Source: Macrostomum lignano (taxonomy: Eukaryota). From it: DNA of 64,000 bases. The notes beneath the pieces were generated by a model. That model was not told where the DNA came from. It made no database searches and saw only the letters and a list, made by a program, of their open reading frames with translations. The position numbers were made by a program, and so were the translations under genes. Below are positions 13,430 to 24,680 of the stretch, in pieces. The stretch lies in NCBI GenBank assembly GCA_002269645.1, contig NIVC01001445.1, positions 124,001 to 188,000 on the forward strand, written 5' to 3'. Each line of letters starts with the position of its first letter. Position 1 is the stretch's first letter.

Positions 13430-13485
13430 CCGCTCAATAGTCACACCCATTGTGCCGCTGCAGCCCCAGATTCCACCGTGAGAAG

Positions 13486-13746
13486 ATGTACAAGCGATTC
13501 CTTCAGCCCCAGAGCGCCAGCGCCGAGTCGCCAAACAGTCGCACCGTCTCGTGCGCCTCCACAGCCGGTGGCCAGCAGTCGCAGTACAGCTGCGAGTTCG
13601 GCTCCGGAGCTTACTATGCCTACTGCGGCTTCGGCGGTGTGCTCAGCTGCGGCCTCACCCACACGGCTGTTGTGCCTCTGGATTTGGTCAAGTGCAGAAT
13701 GCAGGTCGATTCGGTTAAATATCCCGGCATCGTTAAGGGATTCAAG
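13486..13746 (+). CDS. SLC25A3: Mitochondrial phosphate carrier, coding exon 1 of join(13486..13746,13923..14526,16620..16786), 343 aa
   Basis: MYKRFL...YSCEFGSGAYYAYCGFGGVLSCGLTHTAVVPLDLVKCRMQVD...GFK is the typical PiC N-terminus with carrier signature PxDxxKxR; GT donor at 13747. Confidence 0.95.
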
Positions 13747-13922
13747 GTGCGCTGGAGTTGCCATTCTCAGCTCTTTATGAACCTGCGATTTACACTCTAT
13801 GACCCTGCCATTCCCTGCTAGTGATGACATCAAGTCTCCCTCCATAACCCTACACTGCCGTCACCCTCAGCTCATCCATTCCATATCACATAATAGTTGA
13901 TTGACCCCGCCTGACCCCCCAG

Positions 13923-14526
13923 GTGACCTTGGCCGAGGACGGAGTCCGCGGTCTGGCCAAAGGCTGGGCGCCAACCCTGATCGGCTACAGCCTGCAGGGC
14001 CTCGGCAAGTTCGGCTTCTACGAAGTGTTCAAGAACGTGTACGGCAACATGATGGGTGAGGAGAACGCCTTCCTGTACCGCACCTCGCTGTACCTGGCCG
14101 CCAGCGCCAGCGCCGAGTTCTTCGCCGACATGCTGCTAGCCCCGATGGAGGCCACCAAGGTGCGCATCCAGACCTCAAGCGGGTACGCCAAAAACCTGCG
14201 CGAGGCCTTCCCCAAGATGCTGGCCGCCGAGGGCGCCACGACCTTTTATAAGGGCCTGCCGCCGCTGTGGGGCCGTCAGATTCCCTACACCATGATGAAG
14301 TTCGCCTGCTTCGAGCGCACAGTCGAAGCCCTGTACAAGTACGTTGTGCCCAAGCCGCGAGACCAGTGCAACAAAGCCGAGCAGCTGACTGTGACCTTCG
14401 TTGCCGGCTACATTGCCGGCGTGTTCTGCGCCATCGTGTCCCACCCCGCCGACACCATGGTGTCCAAGCTCAACCAGATGCCCGAGGCTGGTCTGGTTGG
14501 CGTGGCCAAGGCTCTGGGCTGGAAGG
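13923..14526 (+). CDS. SLC25A3: Mitochondrial phosphate carrier, coding exon 2
   Basis: AG at 13921-13922, phase 0: VTLAEDGVRGLAKGWAPTLIGYSLQGLGKFGFYEVFK...PMEATKVRIQT...GRQIPYTMMKFACFERTVE...SHPADTMVSKLN; GTGAGT donor at 14527, phase 1. Confidence 0.97.
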
Positions 14527-14627
14527 GTGAGTCCGGATGCGAATTTGTTTGTTTGCAGTTCAAAAACTAATTAGTCAATAGTCCGTCTTCTTCAGTTTGC
14601 GAGAAATTCTCTTTCTTAACATTTCAA

Positions 14628-15510
14628 CGGATGAGAAATTCCCCCCATTTTCAGCAAGTGAGAAATTCCCCCATTGTCAGCAAATGAGAAATTCCCCCCA
14701 ATTTCAGCAAGTGAGAAATTCCCCCCAATTTCAGCAAGTGAGAAATTCCCCCCAATTTCAGCAAGTGATAAATCCCCCCCCAATTTCAGCAAGTGAGAAA
14801 TTCCCCCATTGTCAGCAAATGAGAAATTCCCCCCAATTTCAGCAAGTGAGAAATTCCCCCATTGTCAGCAAATGAGAAATTCCCCCCAATTTCAGCAAGT
14901 GAGAAATTCCCCCCAATTTCAGCAAGTGAGAAATTCCCCCCAATTTCAGCAAGTGAGAAATTTCCCCCAATTTCAGCAAGTGAGAAATCCCCCCAATTTC
15001 AGCAAGTGAGAAATTCCCCCCAATTTCAGCAAGTGAGAAATTCCCCCCAATTTCAGCAAGTGATAAATCCCCCCAATTTCAGCAAGTGAGAAATTCCCCC
15101 CAATTTCAGCAAGTGAGAAATCCCCCCAATTTCAGCAAGTGAGAAATTTCCCCCAATTTCAGCAAGTGAGAAATTCCCCCAATTTCAGCAAGTGAGAAAT
15201 CCCCCCAATTTCAGCAAGTGAGAAATTCCCCCCAATTTCAGCAAGTGAGAAATCCCCCCAATTTCAGCAAGTGAGAAATTTCCCCCAATTTCAGCAAGTG
15301 AGAAATCCCCCCAATTTCAGCAAGTGAGAAATTTCCCCCAATTTCAGCAAGTGAGAAATTTCCCCCAATTTCAGCAAGTGAGAAATTTCCCCCAATTTCA
15401 GCAAGTGAGAAATCCCCCCAATTTCAGCAAGTGAGAAATTCCCCCCAATTTCAGCAAGTGAGAAATTCCCCCAATTTCAGCAAGTGAGAAATTCCCCCCA
15501 ATTTCAGCAT
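14628..15510. repeat. About 27-bp minisatellite (AATTTCAGCAAGTGAGAAATTCCCCCC) in PiC intron 2, about 32 copies
   Basis: Direct tandem copies with variable C-run length. Confidence 0.96.
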
Positions 15511-16204
15511 GTCCCTCACATTCCTGAGAGACATTGCATCATATTAGACAAGTGAGAAATTCCCTCTGATGATTTAAATTATTCATCCATTGTAAATTTC
15601 AAAAAGAATACGTAATACTAATTACATGACGATTCATTTTCAATAGAGCAGTACTTAAACAGCAGCCGACCAGCGAACATTCCAGTGAGCAGAGGCTCAG
15701 CCTGTCTGTCAGAAAAGACTTACCTGTCTAATTAACTAGGCTCAAGAAAAAATACTTCAATACGTGTCTTCTAGCTTCTGCTGTGTCACCATATCGCACA
15801 CTTTTCTTTCCACGTGTACTGCCTGCCCAGTGTACAGTTTGGACACTTGGGGTGGGTGGCTTCAGCCCGCCTCTTGTCTGCCTATTCAAGCTTTCCTCTC
15901 CGCGAATGCGCGCACGCAGCCACGCCGGTTGCGCGTGTCTGTTCCAGTCTTAGTAGCTTTGCTATGCAGCTGAAATTTCTTCAAAGCGTGGGTCAAAGGT
16001 TCTCTCTATGCAGCTCTCTTAGTTGTTAAAAAACTTACCGTCATAAAAAATGCCGCTTATCTCAGTGTCCTTTTCGCGTGTCCTCGTTGAGTTCGGCTAG
16101 GAGATTTGCGAGTCTTGGCTAGCAGGTCAAGAAGTCGCATTGTGGTTGGGTGACCTATCAGTGGCCCTACAGGGTTAAATGAAGTCATACTGGATTTCTA
16201 TTGG

Positions 16205-16565
16205 AGTCAGATTAGGCTATTAGGAGTCAACTAGAAGTGCAAAGAGGTCAGACGAGGTCAATAAAACTACAATACAAAGACGTTAACCAAAGTCAATATA
16301 AATACATAGGGGTTAGACAGGGTCAACTAAGGTCATTAAAAGTACGAAGGGGTCAGCTGAGGTCAATAGAGGTATAAATAAGTTAGCCAATGTCAATAGA
16401 AGTACAAGTGGGTTAGCCAAGGTCATTAAAGTGCAAATGGGTCAGACGAGGTCATTAGAAATGTAAATGGGTCAGCCGAGGTCATTAAAAGTACAAAGTG
16501 ATTTAAGGGGGTCAGTTGAGGTCATTATAAGTGCAAGGGAATCGTAGGGGTCAGCCGAGGTCAAC
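16205..16565. repeat. Degenerate repeat of about 31 bp (GGGTCAGCCGAGGTCAATAGAAGTACAA-like)
   Basis: Recurrent GGGTCA/AGGTCA pairs at a spacing of about 30 nt. Confidence 0.7.
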
Positions 16566-16619
16566 AGTCAGGAGTCCGGAGCTCGAATGAACTCGCAAGG
16601 CGGCCCCGCACACCCGCAG

Positions 16620-16786
16620 CCATGTGGAAGGGCCTGGGCGCCCGTATCATCATGATCGGCACCCTGACGGCTCTGCAGTGGTTCATCTACGACACCGTGA
16701 AGGTGGTGCTGCGGCTGCCGCGCCCGCCGCCGCCAAGCATGCCGGAGAGCCTGCGGCTGAAGCTGGAGGCCAAGCAGGCCAGCTAA
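16620..16786 (+). CDS. SLC25A3: Mitochondrial phosphate carrier, coding exon 3 with stop
   Basis: CAG acceptor at 16617-16619, phase 1: MWKGLGARIIMIGTLTALQWFIYDTVKVVLRLPRPPPPSMPESLRLKLEAKQAS, TAA at 16784-16786; matches the PiC C-terminus. This frame is absent from the ORF track. Confidence 0.95.
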
Positions 16787-17573
16787 GACGCCTGGAATCA
16801 ACTGATTAAAAAGCTCTGACCGACTAATTGATTGACTGACAGGTTCGCTTGTTCCCCCGGGGATTTGGCCAGCCAATTTGTCATCTCGTTGAGTAAACAA
16901 AACTAATTTAAAGAAAACAGTTAAAAATCCGCATATTAGTTAATTATTAATTAAAAATAACGCCCTTAACTAAGTAGCAAGCATCCATCTTTAACAAACT
17001 TAAATTTTATACAGACCCCCTCAACATTTTCCTCAACTAGTAAAACTCTTACTTAGCTACTTACAACTGTAGACAACCCTAGTAGTCTGTTGTGCGTGTG
17101 CTCTCTCCAGCTTTTTTGTCTGTTTTAATTTAGCTAGAATTTCACTATTATTTAAATATCTATTCCCGATTCAGTGTTCCATGCACCGGGTTCTAATGCC
17201 AAAATCATATTGTTCAAATATTCCGGCAGTTGAGTCAGTTGAGTTGTTTTTTTACAACACCATTGTGGTCGCTTCAACCATCGATTATTGTAGAGTGCGG
17301 TTCTATCGCAGTGAATGGGAATTTACAGTTTGCACACGAATCTTCTCAGACCCTTAAATATATCTCTAATTAATCGATAATCGAAAATCTTAGGATATTT
17401 GAATTAATTTATCATGGCGGAGGCCTTTACTGCGGCATTTTCTATTTTTGCATTGCTGTGGCGACCGAGAAGGCTGCACTGCCTTCGAAATACTCCGAAG
17501 TATTCTACCGCATAATGCATGCGTTTGTCTGGGAACTCGCACACGAACTCCTCGTCACTTAACTAATAAAGAC

Positions 17574-19010
17574 TGTGATGACTCACTGCCCACCCAACAG
17601 CATCCCTGTGATGACCCACTGCCCACCCAACAGCATCCCTGTGATGACCCACTGCCCACCCAACAGAATCCCTGTGATGACCCACTGCCCACCCAACAGA
17701 GTCCCTGTGATGACCCACTGCCCACCCAACAGCATCCCTGTGATGACCCACTGCCCACCCAACAGAGTCCCTGTGATGACCCACTGCCCACCCAACAGCA
17801 TCCCTGTGATGACCCACTGCCCACCCAACAGCATCCCTGTGATGACCCACTGCCCACCCAACAGAATCCCTGTGATGACCCACTGCCCACCCAACAGAGT
17901 CCCTGTGATGACCCACTGCCCACCCAACAGCATCCCTGTGATGACCCACTGCCCACCCAACAGCATCCCTGTGATGACCCACTGCCCACCCAACAGAGTC
18001 CCTGTGATGACCCACTGCCCACCCAACAGAATCCCTGTGATGACCCACTGCCCACCCAACAGAATCCCTGTGATGACCCACTGCCCACCCAACAGAATCC
18101 CTGTGATGACCCACTGCCCACCCAACAGAGTCCCTGTGATGACCCACTGCCCACCCAACAGCATCCCTGTGATGACCCACTGCCCACCCAACAGCATCCC
18201 TGTGATGACCCACTGCCCACCCAACAGAGTCCCTGTGATGACCCACTGCCCACCCAACAGCATCCCTGTGATGACCCACTGCCCACCCAACAGAGTCCCT
18301 GTGATGACCCACTGCCCACCCAACAGCATCCCTGTGATGACCCACTGCCCACCCAACAGCATCCCTGTGATGACCCACTGCCCACCCAACAGAATCCCTG
18401 TGATGACCCACTGCCCACCCAACAGAGTCCCTGTGATGACCCACTGCCCACCCAACAGCATCCCTGTGATGACCCACTGCCCACCCAACAGCATCCCTGT
18501 GATGACCCACTGCCCACCCAACAGAGTCCCTGTGATGACCCACTGCCCACCCAACAGCATCCCTGTGATGACCCACTGCCCACCCAACAGCATCCCTGTG
18601 ATGACCCACTGCCCACCCAACAGAGTCCCTGTGATGACCCACTGCCCACCCAACAGCATCCCTGTGATGACCCACTGCCCACCCAACAGCATCCCTGTGA
18701 TGAGGACCCACTGCCCACCCAACAGCATCCCTGTGACCCACTGCCCACCCAACAGCATCCCTGTGACCCACTGCCCACCCAAAAGCATCCCTTTGATGAC
18801 CCACTGCCCACCCAACAGAATCCCTGTGATGACCCACTGCCCACCCAACAGCATCCCTGTGATGATGACCCACTGCCCACCCAACAGAGTCCCTGTGATG
18901 ACCCACTGCCCACCCAACAGCATCCCTGTGATGACCCACTGCCCACCCAACAGCATCCCTGTGATGACCCACTGCCCACCCAACAGAGTCCCTGTGACCC
19001 ACTGCCCACT
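17574..19010. repeat. 33-bp minisatellite (GATGACCCACTGCCCACCCAACAG[CAT/AAT/AGT]CCCTGT), about 43 copies
   Basis: 11-aa periodicity in five open frames. Confidence 0.97.
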
Positions 19011-19227
19011 TACTCAGACACGAGCTGTGTTTAAGTCAAGAAATGAATGCAATTTTAATTCGTTACATTTGCTGATCGTCATAACTATAATATTCAAACA
19101 ATGATTTACAAGTTTATAAGCCTGCGGCACACTGCGTCAGGTGGAAACGAATAACACATTTATTATTAATTCAAATTATGGTAAAACTGAGAAATTGCTT
19201 CGGAAATTTTTGGACAATGTGACGCTG

Positions 19228-19440
19228 AGGTCACTCAACACTCATCAGTCACTCCATCAGCATCCATCAGTCACTCCATCAGCATCCATCAGTCACTCCA
19301 TCAACACCCATCAGTCACTCCATCAACACCCATCAGTCACTCCATCAACACCCATCAGTCACTCCATCAACACCCATCAGTCACTCCATCAACACCCATC
19401 AGTCACTCCATCAACACTCACCAGCGCCCAACAGTCACTC
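19228..19440. repeat. 22-bp minisatellite (CATCAGTCACTCCATCAACACC)
   Basis: About 9 tandem copies. Confidence 0.9.
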
Positions 19441-19776
19441 CGGCAGCTTCAAAGCTCCTAGACTCATCACGAGCTCGTCGTGGGCCTCTTGAAGCCGCTC
19501 AAACACTCGCTCCACATCCGGCATAAACTTTTTGCTAATCCGCATAGCAACCAGGTCAATCTTGATAGTCTCCGGGCCCAGCCGCAGCACCAGCCGGTCC
19601 TCCGGGCAGTGCACCTTCTCCAGGTGCAGCGGGTAGCAGCGCAGGCACGGCATGTTCAGCACCAGCGCGTCAGACAATGTCTTGTAGAAGCCATAGGCTA
19701 CATCATCATCGGCTCGGAACTCCGCCTCCATGTACATCGGGCGCAGCAGGATGAGCTCCCGCCGTTGGGGCTCCAT
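19435..19776 (-). CDS. Orphan ORF or exon, 113 aa, unknown function
   Basis: Non-repetitive ORF with mostly C/G-ending codons like the confirmed genes; natural-looking sequence (AEFRADDDVAYGFYKTLSDALVLNMPCLRCYPLHLEKVHC...); CAG acceptor-like sites just upstream. No family recognised. Confidence 0.45.
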   Translation of the reverse strand: MEPQRRELILLRPMYMEAEFRADDDVAYGFYKTLSDALVLNMPCLRCYPLHLEKVHCPEDRLVLRLGPETIKIDLVAMRISKKFMPDVERVFERLQEAHDELVMSLGALKLPE

Positions 19777-20243
19777 CCGGCTGGCTGAGACCGCGTGGCA
19801 CTGCGCTACGAATCAAGCATGCGAGATTAGCTTGCCTCAGGCAGAGAGCTTTTAGCTGGGAATTTTCTACTCGACTTCCTTAACTGCTGGCTGAGTGCTG
19901 CCATAGACAGCTGTGCATCTCACAGGCTAAGGCGTCTGAATGCTTTGAGACTGATATATTCCTGCACGGTCACGAGTGCGGGAATGACATCTGCACGAGT
20001 GCGCGCTAGCGCACGAGTGCACGATGTCCTTCACGCACGAGTGAACGTGAAGGAATTCCATTGTCGGATGATTCATCGTGCAGGAATGCACAAAACCGTG
20101 CAGGAATGCATTTCTGCGCCTAATGCTTTTTCAGTGAGATTTTACCATAGACATCCATTCCTGCACGCAAAAGAGTGCAAGAATGCCATTCTTGCATGGA
20201 AAATCAGCCGACAATGGGTCTTCCGCTGTGCAAGTAATGCTGC

Positions 20244-20246
<3 letters not shown>

Positions 20247-20275
<29 letters not shown>

Positions 20276-20278
20276 TTG

Positions 20279-20315
<37 letters not shown>

Positions 20316-20338
20316 TAGTGTTTGTCTGTCTGTCTGTC

Positions 20339-20373
<35 letters not shown>

Positions 20374-20396
20374 TAGTGTTTGTCTGTCTGTCTGTC

Positions 20397-20427
<31 letters not shown>

Positions 20428-20700
20428 TAGTGTTTGTCTGTCTGTCTGTCTCTGTCTGTCTGTCTGTCTGTCTATCTTAGTGTTTGTCTGTCTGTCTGTC
20501 TTTTTGTCTGTCTGTCTATCTGTCTGTCTGTTTGTCTGTCTGTCTGTCAGTCTGTCTCTGTCTGTCTGTCTGTCTGTCTGTCTGCCTGCCTGCCTGTCTG
20601 TCTGTCTTTCTGTTGTCTGTCTATCTGTCTGTCTGTCTCTGTCTGTCTGTCTGTCTGTCTGCTGTCTGTCTGGCTGTCTGTCTGTCGGTCCGTCTGTCTG
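20247..20700. repeat. (TCTG)n microsatellite punctuated by CTATCTTAGTGTTTG
   Basis: Direct reading. Confidence 0.96.
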
Positions 20701-20748
20701 TAAGAAAGATGTCGAATCGAATCTATCACTTTGTAACATATCTTGAGA

Positions 20749-21022
20749 CATACATGCGCAACAGTCGGCCGAGTCGGCCGATCCGGCCGACCGATTTGGC
20801 GGCCAACCAAGGAAGTCGCAAAAATGCCCACCCGAAAAAATAACCAAGTAGTAGTACTAAGTAGCTGACGAGACATTTTGTCCTTATAAGACAGTTATAG
20901 TTACTCCTGCCGTTTACCCAAAGTTGCGTTAATTTTGCTTTAGGTTTTTTTTACATATAAGTCGCATTTTTGTTAAAACTAACTCGCATGGCCGACCGAA
21001 TTTCGGAGGTTGCGCATGTATG
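20749..21022. mobile_element. MITE (274 bp), 14-bp TIR CATACATGCGCAAC, 8-bp TSD TCTTGAGA (hAT- or P-like)
   Basis: TIR at 20749-20762, its reverse complement at 21009-21022; TCTTGAGA at 20741-20748 and 21023-21030. Confidence 0.8.
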
Positions 21023-21293
21023 TCTTGAGACGTATCAAGCCAAAAAATGATACATGCAGCATCATCATTGGCTCAGGCTCCTATGCTTAAAATTTGAAAG
21101 GCTCAATTTGTTAATTAGAATTATGCTGATTTTTCATGGAATTTTTTGCATTAAAAATGGTTTGGCCACTGACAATTATCTTTAAACAGTTGCTTAGGAG
21201 GACATCAGACATTTGCGGTAGTTCTGTTTGAATTTTTTGCTGCTCGTCAGTCTCCAGTAGAGTTCACACATATCCGGGTTCATGCACTTTTGA

Positions 21294-22335
21294 AACTCCA
21301 TTGTTGGAACAAATTGTTGGAACAACTCCACTGGAACAACTCCACTGGAACAACTCCACTGTTGGAACAACTCCATTGTTGAAACAACTCCACTGTTGGA
21401 ACAACTCCATTGTTGGAACAACTCAATTGTTGGAACAACTCCTTTGTTGGAACAATGCAATTGTTGGAACAACTCCTTTGTTGGAACAATGCAATTGTTG
21501 GAACAACTCCTTTGTTGGAACAATGCAATTGTTGGAACAACTCCTTTGTTGGAACAACTCCATCGTAGGAACAACTCCTTTGTTGGAACAATGCAATTGT
21601 TGGAACAACTCCTTTGTTGGAACAACTCCATCGTAGGAACAACTCCTTTGTTGGAACAACTCCATTGTTGGAACAACTCCTTTGTTGGAACAATGCAATT
21701 GTTGGAACAACTCCTTTGTTGGAACAACTCCATCGTAGGAACAACTCCTTTGTTGGAACAACTCCATTGTTGGAACAACTCCTTTGTTGGAACAATGCAA
21801 TTGTTGGAACAACTCCTTTGTTGGAACAACTCCATCGTAGGAACAACTCCACTGGAAAAACTCCACTGGAAAAACTCCACTGGAACAACTCCACACTGGA
21901 ACAACTTGATTGTTGGAACAACTCCTTTGTTGGAACAATTCAATTGTTGGAACAACTCCTTTGTTGGAACAATTCAATTGTTGGAACAACTCCTTTGTTG
22001 GAACAATTCAATTGTTGGAACAACTCCTTTGTTGGAACAACTCCTTTGTTGGAACAACTCCTTTGTTGGAACAATTCAATTGTTGGAACAACTCCTTTGT
22101 TGGAACAACTCCTTTGTTGGAACAACTCCTTTGTTGGAACAACTCCTTTGTTGGAACAACTCCTTTGTTGGAACAACTCCTTTGTTGGAACAACTCCTTT
22201 GTTGGAACAACTCCTTTGTTGGAACAACTCCTTTGTTGGAACAACTCCACTATTGGAACAAGTCCACGGTTGGAACAACTCCATTTTTGGTACAACCACT
22301 ATTGGAACAAGTCCACTGCTGGAACAACTCCATTG
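21294..22335. repeat. 17-bp minisatellite (GGAACAACTCCTTTGTT and variants), about 60 copies
   Basis: Direct reading; source of many overlapping pseudo-ORFs. Confidence 0.96.
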
Positions 22336-22815
22336 TCGGTTATAGCCATACTTTTCGTTAACAAAAGCGCAGTCGGAGCAACAAATTTTTACCCGTGCGA
22401 CCGCCAAAATATGAATAATAAATCGTTTAATCAGCTTCTTCAGTATTTTTACTGTGTCATAATGCAGCCCAAAGGACAGTCGAGTCCTCATGACTGGATA
22501 GGAACGGAGGGCCAGAATCCCGCTAGAGCCCGGACACCATCAAACGGATCCTTATTGGGACAAAATCGCCAGGCACAGTCGCGGAGACAGCGACCGCGGC
22601 TTAATGGCTTTTTGATGGCTGATGGATGGATGCAGACTGGCGTCTCATCAGGGCCTGTCCGCCCTACGCGCCCGTCACCTCTCAGCCTACTGAATTTCGC
22701 GATGCCGTGCGGTTGGCTCAGGCTGGGCTGCGACTGGCGACCGCAACTCCTCGTGACGACAGACTGACACAGGCACTGATGAGATTTTTAAGGGCTACAG
22801 CCAGCCTTCATTTAA

Positions 22816-23098
22816 TGTAGAACTGGCGCCACCGCTCCATATCAAATGTAGAACTGGCGCCACCGCTCCATATCAAATGTAGAACTGGCGCCACCGCTCC
22901 CTATCAAATGTAGAACTGGCGCCAGCAGTCCAGATCCAATGTAGAACTGGCGCCACCAGTCCAGATCCAATGTAGAACTGGCGCCACCAGTCCAGATCCA
23001 ATGTAGAACTGGCGCCATCACTCCATATCAAATGTAGAATTGGCGCCACCATTCCATATCAAATGTAGAACTGGCGCCACCAGTCCAGATCCAATGTA
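22816..23098. repeat. 31-bp minisatellite (AATGTAGAACTGGCGCCACCGCTCCATATCA), about 9 copies
   Basis: Direct tandem copies. Confidence 0.93.
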
Positions 23099-24064
23099 AA
23101 ATTCTTCTCCCATCTTGGCATTATTTAATGTTTCCCACCATTGTCTCTTCGCTTCGTCATGCGCCTTAAAAGTCCAGTTGGGAACAAACCATTTAGAAAT
23201 TTCTGCCCCAAAACAGAAGACAAACATTGCAGCGTTGACACTGAAAGTCCGACATAAAAGAGAAAAAGTCATTTTGGGCAGAAGGAATTGATTCTGACAG
23301 ACGGAAGCCATTTTCTGAATTCCGCTGCTCGTCTTTCTGTCTGGCAGAGAGCTGACTGCAATCTCTGGACACCGATTTTGCGAGACAGCCTTGCTTTGGC
23401 AGAGCGCGGCTCAGATAGTGAACGCATCTGACTCTCGCACCCACGGTCCCTGGAAACTGGCCACTGGGCTGTCGTAAGATGCACAGAGAGTGTACATGCC
23501 TTACGATGAGAGAGTCAAGGTCCCTGTACACCCTGTGTGAGCGAGTGTACGAGCGAGTACGAGCCTGCCTACAGTACTGGCGCGCCTGTGTGTGCTCAGG
23601 AGCAGAGTTTAATCATACAGTTATCGAGTATGCTGTTAATCCCACAGTAAAATACTCGTAGTTACAAGTGTATTCCGAGCCCCACAACTAGCTGACCCCC
23701 GGATGCTGGCAAGCCGCCATCATCCATGGCAGCTCCGGCTACCTGAAGGAAACGGTCATAAAATAACTCTGGCCGCTGCGGCTGTCACGAACTCGCGCAG
23801 GTCGGCTTGTTTGCGTGACTGGCAGCTGCGCCTGCTGATGGATGGCCGGCCGCCATCGCCCCTGCCGCCCATGCAATTTTATTGATTGTGGGGATCAGGC
23901 AGGTCGGCCTCTGGGCCGCGGCGGATGCGGAGCCTCTGGCTGATAAGGAAGCCGATCTGGGTGGCTGCTGAGCTGCCTTCTTCCTTATCTCTGCGTCTCT
24001 CCACCTACATCTCACCCTCAGTACTCTTTTAGTTTTCTGCCCTGTCAATTGCCGCTTGCTTTTA

Positions 24065-24680
24065 TCGCTTTCTCTCTCCCCTCCCTGCATCCCTGCATCC
24101 ATCTCCCTGCCTTACCCTTCTCTCTCCCACTACCTCCACTATCCGTCTCTCTCTCCCTCTCATTCTCCCTCTCTCCCCTCTCTCTCTCTCTCTCTCCCTC
24201 CCTCTCCTCTCTCTCCACTCTCCCTCCTTTCTCTCTCTCCCTATCCCGTCTCCTCTCTCTCCCTCTCCCCTCTACCTCCCTCTCCTCTCTCTCCCATCTC
24301 CCTCTCCCCTCTTCCTCTCTCTCCCTCCTCTCCCTCCCTCTCCTCTCTTCCCTCCTTTCTCTCTCCACTCTCTCTCCCCCTCTCTCCCCTCTCCCTCTCC
24401 TCTCTCCCCTCCTTTCTCTCTCCACTCTCTCTCCCCCTCTCTCCCCTCTCCCTCTCCCTGTCTCACCCTCTATACCATTTTCTACTCTCCCTTTTACTGG
24501 CCCTGAGGAAGAATACAAAATATTCAAAATATCGGCATTTTCTCTGCTCAAACAAACGGACGCTACCGCGTCAGTGCTTGGAGTTTGAGGACTCCCCTTC
24601 TCTCCCCCTCTCTTCCCTCCTTCCCACGTCTCCCTCTCATTTTCTCCCCCTCTCCCTTCTCTCTATCTCTAGATCGATAT
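24065..24680. repeat. Polypyrimidine (CT-rich) low-complexity tract
   Basis: Almost purely C/T on the plus strand, interrupted at about 24490-24590. Confidence 0.9.

Noticed and set aside
14628-15510. Regular arrays here and at 4789, 22816, 45930, 50269 and 61915 as possible CRISPR arrays
   Set aside because: Units are contiguous with no unique spacers, there are no cas genes, and the context is an intron-containing eukaryotic genome.
20183-22767. Many long overlapping ORFs (SVCL..., LLEQL...)
   Set aside because: They lie within the (TCTG)n and 17-bp arrays and are open in several frames on both strands.
23018-23531. Minus-strand ORFs with Cys/Trp motifs (FQCQRCNVC, RQWWETL)
   Set aside because: Split over two frames, no codon bias like the real genes, no recognisable family or clear splice sites.
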